Shown: positions 46,058 through 47,469 of the stretch, in pieces
Numbering within the stretch: position 1 is the stretch's first letter
How the letters are laid out: every line of letters begins with the position of its first letter
From: Candidatus Buchananbacteria bacterium
Lineage (GTDB): Bacteria > Patescibacteriota > Patescibacteriia > Buchananbacterales > UBA6539
Reading direction: 5' to 3'
Assembly: GCA_013359225.1 (NCBI GenBank)
Contig: JABWCG010000002.1
Location: 1-47,469 of the forward strand
Length of the DNA: 47,469 nucleotides
Notes under the pieces: generated by a model
The model's database searches: none
What the model saw: the letters and a program-made list of their open reading frames with translations, nothing else
Told to the model about the DNA's origin: nothing
Translations under genes and position numbers: made by a program

Positions 46058-46972
46058 CTATTTTTTCTTTTTTCGCTGGTGGAACGATTTGTACACCTCT
46101 TTAAGCTGTTGATTAGTGATATGAGTGTAAATTTGGGTGGTGGTGATTGATGAGTGTCCGAGCATTGCCTGGACCGACCGAATATCGGCGCCATTGATTA
46201 GCAAGTCAGTGGCAAAACTGTGGCGCATCGTGTGTGGCGTGACGTTTTTAGTGATGCCGGCCGCCTTGGAATATTTTTTAATCAGGCGTTGAATGCTTCG
46301 GGGAGTTAAATTTTCTGGCTGCTCTTTGCCTTTAGCCCGGTCATGTCGGACAAACAAGCTGTCGGCCAAATCTTTGCGGGCGTCTAGGTATTGTTTGAGC
46401 CAGTATTTGGTTTGGTTTGAAAGAAACACTACTCGTAGCTTGAGGCCTTTACCGCGGATGGTAAATTCATCTTTTTGTAAGTTGATTTGATCGCGTTTTA
46501 GTTTAGCCATTTCGGAAACCCGCAAGCCAGTTGAAAAAAGCATTTCCAAAATTGCTTTGTCGCGAAGCTGGATAATTTTTGCTTCAGTCGTTTTGAGCGG
46601 CGCCTCCAATAGTCGTTCTAGGTCGTCGCCTTCCAGAAAGTCAACCTGACGCTCTGGCATTTTAGCCAGTTCAATTTTTTCCGGTGCCAGTGAGGCGATA
46701 TCGCGCTTGGCAAGGTATTTCAAAAATGACCGCAGCGCGATTAAATGATAATTCTGAGTTGATTTTTTTAGATTTTCGCCGTAGTGATCAACTTCGCGAT
46801 TTAGCCAGAGCCGGTAGCGGCGAATTAGCTCTATGTCAATTTGAGCAGGGGATTTAATCTTGGCCCAATCGACAAAGCGCCGGAGGTAGAAATCATAATT
46901 TCGAACCGTGTTGATACTACGGCCTTTCTCGATTTCTAAGTATTCTAAAAATTCTTGGATCAGTTTAAGCAT
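46058..46972 (-). CDS. XerC/XerD-family tyrosine recombinase with intact catalytic residues
   Basis: TGLRVSE, GKG.K.R, PHTMRHSFAT, LGHS.ITTTQIYTH. Confidence 0.95.
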   Translation of the reverse strand: MLKLIQEFLEYLEIEKGRSINTVRNYDFYLRRFVDWAKIKSPAQIDIELIRRYRLWLNREVDHYGENLKKSTQNYHLIALRSFLKYLAKRDIASLAPEKIELAKMPERQVDFLEGDDLERLLEAPLKTTEAKIIQLRDKAILEMLFSTGLRVSEMAKLKRDQINLQKDEFTIRGKGLKLRVVFLSNQTKYWLKQYLDARKDLADSLFVRHDRAKGKEQPENLTPRSIQRLIKKYSKAAGITKNVTPHTMRHSFATDLLINGADIRSVQAMLGHSSITTTQIYTHITNQQLKEVYKSFHQRKKKK

Positions 46973-47142
46973 GGTTATATTTTACGACACTTCATCAGTT
47001 TTGCCAATGATTACAGGCTGTCGGTTGACAATGGTCAATAATTATGATATTGTTGAGGTGATTTATAACTAATTGACGCTATCTCGGTTTTGCCAAAATT
47101 TTGACAAAACTTGGATATATCGTCACCGAAAGGGCCAAGCTA

Positions 47143-47469
47143 ATGTTAGATAAAAGAAAAAAAGAGCGGATCATTGCTAAGTATAAAACCCATGACAGTG
47201 ATACCGGTTCTTCACAGGTGCAAATCGCTATTTTGACTGAAGAGATCAAAGAGCTGACCAAGCACTTAAAAGATCACAAAAAAGATTTTTCCTCACGCAG
47301 AGGATTGTTAAAGAAAGTGGCTGAAAGACGGCGACTTTTGAATTATTTACGGCGCGAAGATCAGGCTGCACATGAGCAGATCGTTAAAGATTTGAAACTT
47401 AAAGTGGTTAAAATTGAAGAAGAAGAGCAGAAAGCGGCGTTGGCAGAGGAAGATTTTGGCGACACCGTT
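47143..47469 (+). CDS. rpsO: 30S ribosomal protein S15 (runs off window; acidic C-terminal extension)
   Basis: Manual translation: [16 protein letters not shown]...[23 protein letters not shown]. Confidence 0.95.
   Translation, partial: MLDKRKKERIIAKYKTHDSDTGSSQVQIAILTEEIKELTKHLKDHKKDFSSRRGLLKKVAERRRLLNYLRREDQAAHEQIVKDLKLKVVKIEEEEQKAALAEEDFGDTV

Noticed and set aside
45512..46194. Short ORFs over the tRNA cluster
   Set aside because: They are translations of tRNA genes or antisense frames of the recombinases.
46058..46972. Xer recombinase as the island integrase
   Set aside because: It lies on the 5' side of the tRNA cluster next to rpsO and looks like the housekeeping Xer; involvement is not excluded but is unsupported.

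Overview
47.5 kb of bacterial chromosome. Its gene content suggests Patescibacteria/CPR (Parcubacteria-like); this is inferred from SD-less housekeeping genes, a short 5S rRNA, tRNA-Ile(UAU), a CPR-style pilin and DGKRY-type surface protein. Order: 3' end of an rRNA operon (23S, 5S); a sugar/amino-sugar region; tRNAs and translation genes (rplS, gmk, rluD-like, cca, valS, tyrS); a 6S-like RNA; GT4/MFS; a MacAB-like ABC exporter; terC with an attenuator-like leader; an AT-rich island ending in a large serine recombinase that overlaps tRNA-His; xerC/D; partial rpsO. Top candidate: a TrmB-led operon (glmS, eukaryote-type GNA1, tdh, kbl, degenerate IMPase, uridyltransferase-only GlmU) that reads as a non-canonical UDP-GlcNAc pathway fed with acetyl-CoA from threonine. 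Second: the tRNA-His-anchored serine-recombinase element, with a catalytically degenerate tyrosine recombinase and three pseudoknot/switch-like RNA leaders. Also notable: tRNA-Ile(UAU) nested in a decayed copy of itself, an unannotated 47-aa histone-H1-like protein and an RHH-nucleotidyltransferase fusion. All calls are by eye from motifs; no searches or folding programs were run.
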